A DNA stretch of 63,344 bases, counting the filler, from Octopus bimaculoides (lineage: Eukaryota), in the NCBI RefSeq assembly GCF_001194135.2. It is 6 parts of 6 records of this genome, joined end to end, with 100 filler letters (N's around TTAATTAATTAA, not from the genome) between each part and the next. Parts side by side here need not be neighbours in the genome. Positions count along the whole stretch, not along the records: positions 1 to 13,648 come from NC_068984.1; 5 more parts are not named here. One strand, given 5' to 3'. Below the pieces are notes generated by a model that was not told where the DNA came from, did not search any database, and was given only the letters and a program-made list of their open reading frames with translations. The position numbers were made by a program, and so were the translations under genes. Shown piece after piece: positions 1 to 12,039 of the stretch. Numbering within the stretch: position 1 is the stretch's first letter; each line of letters opens with the position of its first letter.

Positions 1-18
1 TATATATATATATATATT

Positions 19-200
19 ATATACTAGCTGAATTACCCGGTAATATCCGGAAAAGCAGGAGTAATTTCCAATTCCCATTACACTTTTTCCTGTCCTAATC
101 CGTTCCCTGTTCAGTTGCCGTTTTAGTTCCGTTCCCATTCCCATCCCCAATCCCATGTCAGTATATAAATTTTAGAATCAGTTAGGTGTAATTAAGCCAT
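19..200 (+). mobile_element. Possible Helitron-like non-autonomous element terminus
   Basis: TATACTAGCTGAATTACCCGG start after a TA run resembles the ACTAGC...CCCG ends of Helitron-derived repeats; followed by TTCCCA-like subrepeats. The other end is not identified. Confidence 0.3.
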
Positions 201-429
201 TAATTATTTTATTAACCTTTACGGTAATAATTTATTGCTAAAAGTAGGTATTAGAAACTATTAATACAATTAGTGAGTGAATAAGTAATGTCCCTGTATT
301 ACTTTGAGAAAAGAATATGCATCTGAGTAAAATAAATTTACAAATACATTGACAATGCTTGCAACAGAGTAGACTCAAATAATGGTACCCAAAGACATGT
401 CAGTAGTAATAAACCAGGCGACGGACTAA

Positions 430-650
430 GCCTACCGCTTCAGTAGGCCATGGCAAGATTTGAACTCAGAGTGCAATGAGTCGGAGCATGTGACGACAGT
501 TACCCGAACCCGACGCCCTAATGATTCCGCCAGTCAGCTGCCATTGACTGTTATTTTAGCTATCGACCCCGGAAAAAAAAAAGAGTAAGGTAAAACCGAT
601 TCCGCTTCAATTCTGAATGCAAGAAGCAGGAATACATACTGCTAAAACCG
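430..650 (-). mobile_element. Two degenerate SINE family A fragments
   Basis: Contains ATTTGAACTCAGA, GATTCCGCCAGTCAGCTGCC and TATCGACCCC motifs that match the reverse complement of better family A copies (1118, 37355, 61860). Confidence 0.55.
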
Positions 651-872
651 ATAAATAATGCTTAATTTTATTCAGCAAATGTAAAAACTAAAAAAAACAG
701 AGATAAGATATTCCGATTGCGGGTCTGTGTTTGTTTTCAGGAATTCAAGGTCGAGAACCTGCCTTGTAAGAAGTAACATTCCAATATACGCTTTTGAATT
801 CGGGAAGAAAAGAATGATAGAAGACCGGTCACTCTTTCAAAATCGTCTATAATACTTATTTCTATTCTTATT

Positions 873-1075
873 CGTGGAGTCGTGTGGTTAAGATTGTTGT
901 TTCGATTCCTGGACCAGGTGATACGTTGTGTTCTTGAGCAAAACACTTCATTTCGTGATTCTTCAGTTCATTCAACTGGCATAAAGGAGTAATCTTCGAC
1001 AGAACGGCGTCCCTTCAATGTGGGGAATATATACGCCACGAAACCGAGGAAACTGACCGTATGAATCTACATTAC
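873..1075 (+). mobile_element. tRNA-derived SINE family B (degenerate)
   Basis: GTTTCGATTCCTGGACC B-box-like head, then GTTGTGTTCTTGAGCAAAACACTTCATTTC core and GGGGAATATATACGCC..GAAACCG tail shared with the 7135 and 62280 copies. Confidence 0.75.
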
Positions 1076-1117
1076 TTGGGAAGAAACTTTTATCTTCCTT
1101 CTTATTATCATTATTAA

Positions 1118-1330
1118 GGCGGCGAGCTGGCAGAATCGTTAGCGCGCTGGCCTAAATGATTAGCAGTATTTCGCCTGTCACTACGTTCTAAGATCAAATT
1201 CCTCCGACGTCGATTTTGCCTTTCATCTTTTCGGGGTCGATAAATTAAGGACCAGTTGAGTACTGGGGTCGATGTAATCGACTACTCCCTCCCCCAAATT
1301 CCAGGCCTTGTGCTTATAGTAGAAAGGATT
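1118..1330 (+). mobile_element. SINE family A, full length
   Basis: GGCGGCGAGCTGGCAGAATCGTTAGC head, GCCTTTCATC.TTTCGGGGTCGATAAATTAAG core, GGCCTTGTGC.TATAGTAGAAAGGATT end with (ATT)n tail. Confidence 0.9.
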
Positions 1331-1343
1331 ATTATCATTACTA

Positions 1344-1539
1344 AAGCGGCGAGTTGGCAGAATCGTTATCCCGCCGTGCGAAATACTTAGCGTTATTTCG
1401 TCTGTCTTCATGTTCTGAGTTCAAATTCCATCGAGGTCGACTTTGCGTTTTATCCTAGTTGTGTGCTGAGATCGATGAAATCGACTAGTCTCAACCCAAC
1501 GCCATAATTTCAGTACTTGTGTCTATAGTATAAAGGATT
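1344..1539 (+). mobile_element. SINE family A, internally deleted
   Basis: Same head and end as 1118-1330; part of the core is missing. Confidence 0.85.
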
Positions 1540-1563
1540 ACTATTATTATTACTAATACCATA

Positions 1564-1732
1564 AAGGCAACGAAATAGCAAAATCGTAAGCACGTTGTTC
1601 TGAGTTCAAATGTTGCCGATGTCTACTTTACTTTTCATCCTTCTGGGAGCGATAAAATAAGTTTCAGGTCGAGGTAATCGCCTAGTTCCTTTCCCCAAAA
1701 ATTTCGGGCCTTGTGCTTGTATTAGAAAGGAT
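1564..1732 (+). mobile_element. SINE family A, older deleted copy
   Basis: GTTCTGAGTTCAAAT, TTTCATCCTT, GGCCTTGTGC and AGAAAGGATGATGATG motifs. Confidence 0.8.
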
Positions 1733-2407
1733 GATGATGATTATTATTATTGTTGCTGTTGGGAACGGACGGACACACAAACAAAAACAGGCACACACAC
1801 AGAGCAACATACACATAAACAGAGTGATACAGGGAGGAGAGAAACAGTAAAATATTCCGCAAAAAACATGTACTCATACAGAGATGGTGAGGCGAAAAAG
1901 AAACATGCACAAAGAAACCAAAGGGAGACGAGGAGAGAGAGAAGGAAACATTAAAATACATTTGAAAGAAGTCCAAATGGCAAAGCATTCTATTTCTGCG
2001 TACACCTAAAAAAATAACACACTTAAAGAAAAGAGGTAAAACAATTTAACTGAATTAGTCAAAATAGAGTTATCTCCCTCTACATAATACAAATGCACTG
2101 CAAAAGTTATTATCAAAGGCAAGAGGTTTCTAAGTTATTTGTTTTCTTTTTTCCTAAAGTGTAATTTAATTCAATTTTTCATTTCGTAATTATGAACAAC
2201 ACGCGTCAACAGGTTAATTGTTATGGAGAAAAACAATAAAATTTGCATAGTGCCAATAAGTCTGAGCCCCCTAATCATCTAATAGCAAATGGATTCAGCA
2301 GCAACACATGTGATGTTAAACGTGCGGTAGCAAATAGTCTGCGCCAAAATGTGCGTATATGTATAAATGTGTGTGTGTGTGTGTATGTGTGTGTGTGTGA
2401 ATATTTG

Positions 2408-2740
2408 TGTAGGTGCGAAGGGGCGTAGATTAGTGGTTTGAGTATACGGCTCTCGATCGTAAGGTCGTGAGTTCGACACCCGGCGGCGTGTTGCATCCTT
2501 AAGCAATACGCTTTATTTTACGTTGCTTCCAGTTTACTCAAATGGCAAAAATGGGATGTACCTATTATTAAAAGGGTCAACCTTCTCAGCATTTCATATC
2601 ATGCTGAATCTCCGTGAGAATTACGTTAAGGGTATGCGTGTCCGTGGAGTGCTCAACCACTTGCACGTTAATTTCAAGAGCAGGCTGTTTCATTGATCGG
2701 ACCAGCTAGAACCCTTGTCATCATAACCGACAGATTGCCT
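2408..2740 (+). mobile_element. SINE family B variant (B2 tail)
   Basis: TAGTGGTT A-box and GAGTTCGACACCC B-box head, CCTTAAGCAATACGCTTTATTTTACGTTGC core, 3' GAACCCTTGTCATCATAACCGACAGA shared with 62497-62860. Confidence 0.8.
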
Positions 2741-2878
2741 GTTATATATGTATGCATACTTATGCATGTATGTATAAACATATGTAATTGTGTATATGTA
2801 TATATATATATATGTATATATACGGACGTAAATATAAATTTATATATATGTGTGTATGTGTGTATATATATATGTATG

Positions 2879-2947
<69 letters not shown>

Positions 2948-3299
2948 TGTCTATGTATATATTGTGTGTATGTTTACACAAATATATCTTTTATGTGCAT
3001 GCATGTACAAAGACACACGGCCACATGGATATACTACACACACATGCACGCATACACATGCATACATAAAGTTATACCTTCACACTTTTACTTCTACCAG
3101 CCTACCGACTCTGTCCATTCTGGGGCTCCGCGATTAATTCCACTTTCATTTCACTTTCGTTTTTCCCTATGTTACTGGTTTTTGGCGTAGCAGAGAGTTG
3201 GTCATTGCTGCCGTTTTTTTGTGTTTCTTGCTATGAATTAAGTTTTTCTAGAATCTGTTTTGATGATACTTTTAAAACACACAACCTTTTCGAATAGAT

Positions 3300-4255
3300 C
3301 CTATTAGTTTTTAGCAAAATATTGAAGAGTCATGACTGCTTGAACCTTAAGCTGTTACAGCGCCGAGCTTTGATTCTAGATCGAGAGACATTACGCTTTG
3401 GTACTGTGTAATAATGTTCACTTTGGAGATTAGTTTAGCTCACAATCTCAAAATTTGACACTACAAGCTCCGCAACCTTCCGAAACATTACGAGCAAGAC
3501 AATAGTCTTCCAAGAGTAATATTTTTCATTTTTTTTTTTTTTTCATTTCCTAGCCCGGTTTGGTTAAGCAAGCGACAAAAATAACCTCTCATCATCTCAA
3601 CCGTTCTGTTCATATTCATTTTGAACTGGAATATACTTTACGTTTTTGAAACCTCCTTTTCATCTTCCTAAGTTAATGGAACGTTAATTCCTCAGTTTCT
3701 GTCACATTGCAACAAACAAGAATGGTAAAACCTTGTTTGGAGTTCTTTCTTCCTTTGCATGGATCTCCTATGGCTGCCAGAGTGCAGCGAAATAAAAAAA
3801 ATCACCAGTCTTATCATTATTAAATGTTTTATTTAGTGTAACAAGAAATAATTTCTTTTATTTTCCTTTGTCCTCTCAGTTGTTTTTTGAACTGGAACGT
3901 CAACTACTTCAACTCAAATAATTTGATCTCTTATCCCATAGCGGTCATCAAATCAATTCAGCCATCCGACGCCAGCCTGAAAACCCAAGTGACCCAAGAG
4001 ATTTGACATATCTAGAGAGTTAGTCGTACTCTTTACTTCGATTTGGTTCGTAAACCAAACAAAAAAATGTATTTTCAACATCTTCGAACATCGCAGCCCT
4101 TATGTGTTTTCTTTGTGGACTAAAATGTGTGTCTTTCGATTTTTCTTTACCTTTAGACTAATTCATAGTTATCATGAACAATATCAATTGTCTTCCTCTT
4201 CTTTTAACCAGAATCAACGACTTTCAGAATTTACTACTTTCTCAAAATAAAAACT
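3300..4255 (-). pseudogene. Tigger/pogo-family transposase relic (HTH-psq, CENP-B HTH, DDE_1)
   Basis: Hand translation of the minus strand across stops and frameshifts gives ILKVVDSG.KKRK, RKHIRAAMFEDVEN, LGFQAGVGWLN*FDDRYGI, NIFNNDKTG, GDPCKGRKNSKQGFTILVCCN and FKNVKYIPV. These are pogo/Tigger motifs in the right order. Missed by the ORF track. Confidence 0.8.
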
Positions 4256-4287
4256 TTTTTTTTCTTCTCTTTGTGTTTTCTGATTTA

Positions 4288-4361
4288 AAGGATGCCCACG
4301 TTCGGCTGTGGTTTTGCGTTCTCTGATTTACACAGAACCATAGTAGAACGTGGGCATCCTT
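4288..4361. repeat. 74-bp hairpin / micro-MITE
   Basis: Perfect 16-bp inverted termini AAGGATGCCCACGTTC / GAACGTGGGCATCCTT, extending imperfectly to ~32 bp, with a ~10-nt loop. Confidence 0.75.
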
Positions 4362-4374
4362 CGTGGCTCGAAAT

Positions 4375-4915
4375 AGAAATGCCATAAAACCAAAGCAAAA
4401 CAGTCCAATTCACGTTTCATGTATGGATCTGCCAGCTGAAAGTGACTTAGCAGATCCCGTAAGCCAGGGTTACATTTTCTATTTATGTTCGAGCCAACAC
4501 AATCTGTGTGTGCGTCACAGATTGTGTTAAAGTCTCCTATCAGTACTAGAGAATGCGACGTGGCCAGGAACTTGCCCAGGTCACGAAAATTGCATAAATT
4601 GCAACCAGCCTGATTATCTTGCCACAACGACCAACCTGCCTTCTGGATCAGAAAAAAACAACTTTTTCTCGGCTACCAGGTTCCTTTTTAGCAGGACCAA
4701 CACCCCACCCCCACCTTCCACCCGATTCGGAGAAACGTATTTCTCATAGCCGTTCAGGGGGGGGGGGGAGTCAGATCTCTTGGACCCTTCACCCGGGTTT
4801 CTGTTGCAACAATCACATTCAATTTTCTTGACCTGATGTTATTTAGGAAGCGCCCTTGCTTCCAGCTAGACATTAGGCCACGAACATTTATACAACCAAT
4901 GTGAATATACATTAC
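4375..4915 (-). pseudogene. L1/Tx1-type ORF2 apurinic endonuclease (APE) relic
   Basis: IHIGCINVRGLMS...NVIVATETR at ~4780-4910, and FLATSHSLVLIGDFNTICDAHTD in ORF 4328-4627: canonical APE motifs. Confidence 0.85.
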
Positions 4916-5411
4916 TTACATATTTAATCCGGGGTGTCCAGTGGAGATGGGCTCTCCGCCTTTTCTTGACATAGGGTCGGAGGTAGCAAGTCTTAAAAAA
5001 TGGATTGATTAAGATCCAATCTCATCGTCGACACTGACTTTCTATATGTGTTAAGTAATACATTATGAGTCTTTTTATCCATTTCGTAGAACTCGTAGTT
5101 CTTATATTTATCAGAAATTTCTGCAATCCTAGTGACTGATTTTTTCGCTTTTATTTCTCTCATTAAATCTTCATTTTTGTTGCATGACTATCCCTGTTTT
5201 CTGCTTCCTTCCTTACTATCTTTGGTTTGTCTCTTTTTTTTTTTTTTTTTTTTTTNNNNNNNNNNNNNNNNNNNNNNNNNNNNNNNNNNNNNNNNNNNNN
5301 NNNNNNNNNNNNNNNNNNNNNNNNNNNNNNNNNNNNNNNNNNNNNNNNNNNNNNNNNNNNNNNNNNNNNNNNNNNNNNNNNNNNNNNNNNNNNNNNNNNN
5401 NNNNNNNNNNN

Positions 5412-6040
5412 CGCCATCGGATTCTTCCTCGCCGTCTCTACAGTGTTTTTTATATGGCCCAGCTGGCCACACTGAAACCATTGGGGCTTGCGCCCCTCGA
5501 CGGATACGTTAAGGAATTCCTCCTCAATTTCTATTTTCTCCGGTAACTGTTCTAAAATTGACTGTTCTGATTGTATTAGGAGGTGAACCGTTTGACCGAT
5601 CCGATAAGCCTTTTCTGTGACGGTAGCCTGAAGGAGTGGTATATTATCTTCCTTTTTTGCCAGGACTGCCGCCATCAACCACATAGGGTTGACTTGAGGT
5701 GAGACCCTTGGTATGCGTATCTTTGACGTCCTCATTCCCATATATATTGGAATTAAAACAATGTCCTCCGTTTCTAAAGATTTAACTGAGTGCATTTGTG
5801 CAGTATCTATATCTTTTAGTCGTACTTCGATAGTACCAACTTCTTCCTTCTGGCTAGGTATGTGATATCCTGCCAGATGGGTTTCAAGCACTTCTCAACT
5901 TTCTCTTCGCTCACTCGATCAATTTTTTTTCCTTTTAGACAGTAAGATTTTAAAATAATTGTTTTTCTTTTTTCTAACATTAATAGTTCTTCCGGGGTTG
6001 AACTTTCACAACACCGTCTTCAATTGTTATCATATATTTT
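5412..6040 (-). pseudogene. L1/Tx1-type ORF1 (gag-like) relic
   Basis: ORF 5163-5891 ends in VSVEGRKPQWFQCGQLGHIK, a decayed CCHC zinc knuckle. It lies directly upstream of the APE relic on the same strand. The element probably spans ~4375-6230. Confidence 0.7.
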
Positions 6041-6380
6041 TTACTTTATCAGGTCATTTTTGTTTGTCGACAGCTGGCGGGTTCCACCTCCAGCCGCCGA
6101 CGCAAAGCTTCTTTTTTGATTATTTTCTTCTGTTTGAAGGCTTTTCACGTCAATATTCCTCTTCGCCAGATGAAGTTACACTTTTCGGCATCTTGCCAGC
6201 AAGTAATGTTTCCCCCACAGGGGAAAACACATGATAGTTTTCGAATGAAGACTATCACACAAATAATTATAACAGAAACAATAACTATAAGAAGAAATAA
6301 CAGAAAAAACAGTCAATAGAAACTTGCACTTACTATACAGATACACTCCAATAGTAAATCCCAATAAATCCAAACTCACA

Positions 6381-6440
6381 CAGACGAAATATCGCTTAGC
6401 ATTTTGCCCGGCTTGCTAAAGTTCCTGCCAGCTCACTGCC
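6381..6440 (-). mobile_element. SINE family A head fragment
   Basis: GACGAAATATCGCTTAGCATTTTGCCCGG...CTGCCAGCTCACTGCC is the reverse complement of the family A head. Confidence 0.75.
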
Positions 6441-6473
6441 TTGGATAGAGTATTAAATATTCAAAAAAATAAT

Positions 6474-6689
6474 GAGCCTTTCTACTGAAGGAACAAGGCA
6501 TTGAAATTGGGGTGGGGGAGACTAGTCGATTGCATCAATCCCAGTGTTTCACTGGTACTTAATTCATCGACCTCGAAAGGATGAAAGGCAAAGTCGACCG
6601 CGGAGGAATTTGAACTCAGAACGTAGCGGCAGACAAAATACCGCTCGGCATTTCACCGAGCGTACTAACGATTCTGCCAGCTTGCTGCC
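6474..6689 (-). mobile_element. SINE family A, full length, with ~33-bp flanking direct repeat
   Basis: Full family A sequence. TTGGATAGAGTATTAAATATTCAAAAAAATAAT (6441-6473) recurs at 6690-6722 with 2 mismatches. Confidence 0.9.
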
Positions 6690-6734
6690 TTGAATAGAGT
6701 ATTAAGTATTCAAAAAAATAATAACAAAGATATT

Positions 6735-6921
6735 TACGAGGGTCGACTGAAAAGTTCATAGGCTGACAAAGATAATCTTATGGAATGTGACCAAATGAGG
6801 GTTATGTTTCAACGTAGCCCCCCTTGCGGTCTACACACTTCTTCCATCGATTTTGCAGCGCTTGGCTCCCATTGGTGGAGAAACTTTCATCCTGTTGGTC
6901 AAAAAAGTCATCAACAGCAAG
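6735..6921 (+). mobile_element. Mariner-type non-autonomous element, left part
   Basis: TACGAGGGTCGACTGAAAAGTTC resembles a mariner TIR (compare 7969); no right TIR found. Confidence 0.55.
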
Positions 6922-7134
6922 TGAATTAGAAATGCTGCTGTTAATTAGTCCCCATATTTCTACTTCAGAATTGTTTTATTGACACTTTAAGGAACAAGAG
7001 AATGAAAAAGAAAGTGGGAAAGACAAAAAATTTATAAATTACTCATCAATGTTGTTGGCATGTCAATATTTTAATTTTCACTTGATCTTCAAGTTACTAT
7101 GTATATGGTTTGTCCACATTAGTCCCTAGAAGCA

Positions 7135-7346
7135 CAGAGAGTTGGTTTCCCAGGAGTATATATTCCTCCCTGGATGGGACGCCAGTCCATCGCACGATCA
7201 CTCATTTTTAACTGCTGAGTAGACTAGAGAAATGTGAAATGTAGTGTTTTGCTCAAGAGCACAACGCATCGCCCTGTTCAGGAATTGAAACCACAATCTT
7301 ACGATCATAAGTCCAACACCCTAACCACTTAGCCACGCGCCTCCAC
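7135..7346 (-). mobile_element. tRNA-derived SINE family B, full length
   Basis: Minus strand reads GTGGAGGCGCGTGGCTAAGTGGTTAGGGTGTTGGAC...GGTTTCAATTCC (A and B boxes), then GTTGTGCTCTTGAGCAAAACAC core and GATGGACTGGCGTCCC tail. Confidence 0.9.
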
Positions 7347-7968
7347 AACTATGTGAATAAATGTGTGGAACGTAGCGTTGCATTTTTGCATACCATGGGA
7401 TATCAGTATCTTCATAGGATGACAAATGTGCGACGAGAAATTAGAAACTTTTTAGTTTTTCCTCGTTTTTTCCGTTTTGACGTAAATTTTGCAGCTAGGA
7501 TTTAATTTTCTTCCGTTATACTGAAATATTCGTAACAAATTTCATTATAATGAGATTATTTTAGTGTGGTTTTAACAGGCTTGTGGCCCGGAATTTAATT
7601 AAAAAAATCACTATAATTATATGCGTTAAACGGAAATTCACCGATGCAAGGAAAATACGAAAGACGTTTAGAACAAATTCTCCTCTCAATTTATTGACAA
7701 TTTTGAGAGATTCGAAGAAACCGTGGAGATTATTTGAAGTGAAGTAAAAGCGATTATTCCCATCAATTGCACATTAATGTTTCTATCAGTGGTTTCATTC
7801 CGGTTGCTAATCCTCGAACTGATCAGCTCATTCATTCCCAGCCGAGATGAAATCCCTGGTCACTATGAATTACAGAACATCCAATTACTTTGATAAAGGT
7901 TTTGCTCTTCAATTTATCTTCTATTAAGCTTCATTCTCTCTTGTAACATTGTGCCGTACATATACATA

Positions 7969-8192
7969 TACGAAGGGGTGCGGAAAACTTCCTGGCTTTG
8001 GATAGAAAAAATGCAGGAGGATCAGTTAATTATGATTTTATTTAACATATTTCCCTCTCAGATTCATGCACTTATTGCAGCAGTTCTTGAGTATTGCTAA
8101 ACTCTGTAAAAAAAAAAACTCGGAATGTTGGGCCTCGAACCAGACCTTTCACGACACCCTTAAAGCCAAGAACTTTTCAGCATCCCATCGTG
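7969..8192. mobile_element. Mariner-derived MITE (~224 bp)
   Basis: ~31-bp imperfect TIRs TACGAAGGGGTGCGGAAAACTTCCTGGCTTT / AAAGCCAAGAACTTTTCAGCATCCCATCGTG in a TA/TG context. Confidence 0.8.
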
Positions 8193-9597
8193 TGTGTGTG
8201 TGTGTATTATATATATATATTAGCGAACAGCAGAGAAGGATGAATTTTATGATTCATAATCCAAATTGTTTTCGACAGCGATTGTGTGATCGGAGTAAAA
8301 GCCTCGTAATTAGCATGTATAAGTAAGTCATTTAAATGTGATAAATTACCCATTACGTCAGAAGAAAAGGATTAAAATGTAAAAACTACAGAAGAGGCTA
8401 TAAAAAGCCTCAGTAATACACGATTCTCCTATGAATTAGTTATTGTAGGACGTCGACTTGGTGTCGTTCTTAAGAGAACCAGAATGCATGTAGCAGCCAT
8501 CTTTTATTTTATTTACGCCACATCTCGTTATTTTACTTACTCCACACCTTGTTAAACAAGAACGGATACGTTGAAATATGTTGAATGGGAGGGGCGGGTA
8601 ATAATACTAATTGATAACATTACTTTCCAACAGAATTATGAATAATAATTATCAATAAGACTTTTATATAAACAATTATTATATCACTTATTCATATCTC
8701 TCGTTTCTCGCTGTCATGTGACATTTAATGGAGAAACGCTTCTATGTGACCTTCTCGTACGACTCCCATGCGAACTTAATACATGAACGTTGACTAATCA
8801 ATTTGTGCGCTAACGGATAGCGTTCTGAGCCACATTCATACTTTAAAAAACAAACTATTTCTATAAAAACTAGAATCGACATAATTCGCGCCACAGCTCC
8901 ATATACTATACGTTGTTGAAAATCTAATGTGAGTCCGGTGAAATGCATTCCTGTATTTTAAAATTCTAATTAATTCTACTATATTCACTGTGTATTTTCA
9001 ACTTCATTTCTTCTATTTCTCCACTTGTTTGGATTTATAACAATATGTGTATGTGTGTGTGTGTATTGATACATGCTAACGGATGTACACACAAATATTG
9101 ATGTACATAGTCACACAAGCACAAACACACACACACACACAAACATACACATACACCTACATGCCCTTGTCTTCATAACTGGTACACCTTTTGTTTTGCA
9201 TTGTATGATATTTTTCTGAGATATTTTCTTAATAATAGCTATCACTAAAGATTTTCAGGCGCTATTCTCACATCGGTACACAACAGAAAAACTGTATAAA
9301 AAAGAAAGATGCGTATCAGTTCCGTATTTTTATACTTTATGTAATTGCGTATTATATTTATCACACTTCTGGCATAAATAATTGATAAGCAAAAGAATAG
9401 CCTTTGTATTTTAACTATAATATCATGACACTAAATGCCGTTTAATAAAAAAAGATATTCTGATATATCTAAAATAAAGCAATTGGAAAAGTGTAGGATT
9501 ACTCGTTTTATATAACAAGATAACAAGCTAGATATGAGAATCTTCCGTTTTGGATATTATAACTCGAACATAGATTGTGGCCCTTCCTAACTTCCTG

Positions 9598-9654
<57 letters not shown>

Positions 9655-10438
9655 NNNNNNNNNNNNNNNNNNNNNNNNNNNNNNNNNNNNNNNNNNNNNN
9701 NNNNNNNNNNNNNNNNNNNNNNNNNNNNNNNNNNNNNNNNNNNNNNNNNNNNNNNNNNNNNNNNNNNNNNNNNNNNNNNNNNNNNNNNNNNNNNNNNNNN
9801 NNNNNNNNNNNNNNNNNNNNNNNNNNNNNNNNNNNNNNNNNNNNNNNNNNNNNNNNNNNNNNNNNNNNNNNNNNNNNNNNNNNNNNNNNNNNNNNNNNNN
9901 NNNNNNNNNNNNNNNNNNNNNNNNNNNNNNNNNNNNNNNNNNNNNNNNNNNNNNNNNNNNNNNNNNNNNNNNNNNNNNNNNNNNNNNNNNNNNNNNNNNN
10001 NNNNNNNNNNNNNNNNNNNNNNNNNNNNNNNNNNNNNNNNNNNNNNNNNNNNNNNNNNNNNNNNNNNNNNNNNNNNNNNNNNNNNNNNNNNNNNNNNNNN
10101 NNNNNNNNNNNNNNNNNNNNNNNNNNNNNNNNNNNNNNNNNNNNNNNNNNNNNNNNNNNNNNNNNNNNNNNNNNNNNNNNNNNNNNNNNNNNNNNNNNNN
10201 NNNNNNNNNNNNNNNNNNNNNNNNNNNNNNNNNNNNNNNNNNNNNNNNNNNNNNNNNNNNNNNNNNNNNNNNNNNNNNNNNNNNNNNNNNNNNNNNNNNN
10301 NNNNNNNNNNNNNNNNNNNNNNNNNNNNNNNNNNNNNNNNNNNNNNNNNNNNNNNNNNNNNNNNNNNNNNNNNNNNNNNNNNNNNNNNNNNNNNNNNNNN
10401 NNNNNNNNNNNNNNNNNNNNNNNNNNNNNNNNNATATA

Positions 10439-10473
<35 letters not shown>

Positions 10474-10585
10474 GGCTGTGTGTGTATGTATGTATACACC
10501 GCATTGTTAGATAAAAAAATCTTTATTGGTTTATTAAGGCGACCATTGGCATAATGTTAAGATATACTCCGGCAATTTACAAGCC

Positions 10586-10677
10586 TATCACCTGGAACAT
10601 CAGCGTTCGTCTCCATTTCGGGTTAAAACATCATTTTAATCCAGAATGGAGACGATCGCCGATGTTCCAAGGGATAT
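10586..10677. repeat. ~90-nt imperfect hairpin
   Basis: CCTGGAACATCAGCGTTCGTCTCCATTTCGGGTTAAAA pairs with TTTTAATCCAGAATGGAGACGATCGCCGATGTTCCAAGG; 3 mismatches, 2 G-U pairs, 5-nt loop. Confidence 0.85.
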
Positions 10678-12039
10678 TCATGATAATTATTGAGGTATTC
10701 CTAAATATGAAACCAGTAGTAGCCTTAATACACAAATATCCATCTATCTAATCTACCAATCTATTTATCTATCTATTGCCTACAGTTGTTTCACATCACA
10801 CCCAATTTAAATTACAAAACATATATAGTAATATAAGTTTGCCCTTTGAGTATCCTGGGTGGAAGATCTTCAGGGCAAAACGGACATTACTGAGTTTACA
10901 TTTTGATCAGTTGAAATACTCCAACAGACTTAGCAGATGAAAACGTGTTCATTGAGTGTGTGTGTGTGTGTGCGCGCGCGCGCATGCGTTGATATTTTTA
11001 TTTTTTATTTAAATACGTTAATAATAATAATTATAATGAATCAAAGTATGTAAGAATGAAAATAAGGATAAAAATAAAGATTAATAGTAAATCATTAAAA
11101 TAATGAAATTCATCAATGATAAAAAATAAATGAAATAAAAATGAAATAAAAGTCTTTTTTGCAAAACTACGTATGTAGCTATGTGTGTCGGCATAAGATT
11201 ATTGAATACGAGTATGGAAGTCATCGTTTATGTATGGGTGTGTGTGCGTTTATAGGTTGTTACTTCTTAAGTTCCTTTATTACTGCGTAAGTGTGTATAT
11301 GTATTAGTAAAAGGTTATCGAATATTTCTATAACTATATACGCATTTATAGGTATGGATATTTATAGCCTATTTCAGTTTATGTATGATTGTTTATGTGT
11401 GTGTGTGTATAGATGTTTACTGTCTCAGTTTATTTATTTGTATGTAAGTGTGTATGTATGTTAGTAACCTGTTATGAAGTCAAATCAGTTTGTTAATATA
11501 CATATATATTTCCTTATATTATTTAATCGAATTCATGAAAAAATCAATCATAAAAGTCAAGCATAATTATTATAATATGAAACAGTAAGATAATTAGTAA
11601 AGTAATTATATTTGTATTTAGCTATTGATTCATAGATTATTCTATATAACATAATATATTTGTGTGTGAAAGATAACACATATATGGATATGGGCTTACG
11701 TTACATGCATGTTAAGATTAGCACGTAGATATATTAAGTATATTACGTATTCAATATTGGTGCTATCGATAGAATTATAATATTTGTAGCTAAAATAAGA
11801 TGTATTATATTATCCTATTAATTAATAAAGATACGTTTTCAATATTATTATCAAATTGATATTTAAGTATTATCTTATATGATATACAGTATATATTATT
11901 TACATCTATATTATTTTATTCTATGTTTGATTTGTAAATTAAGTTATACTTATGCTTATACCGTTAATGTTTATTTTCATTATCATTTTTAAATTTTAGA
12001 AATGTTATAATTTCTAAATCTCTCAACAGCAGTGCAGGG

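Noticed and set aside
7290-7346. tRNA genes at SINE heads (also 26440-26513 and 62790-62860)
   Set aside because: A and B boxes are present but they continue into SINE bodies with no acceptor-stem closure or terminator; SINE heads, not tRNA genes.
10836-10880. GTTTGCCC/GGGCAAA inverted pair around CTGAAGA (minus strand) as a hammerhead
   Set aside because: No GAAA or UH in the required positions and no stem II.
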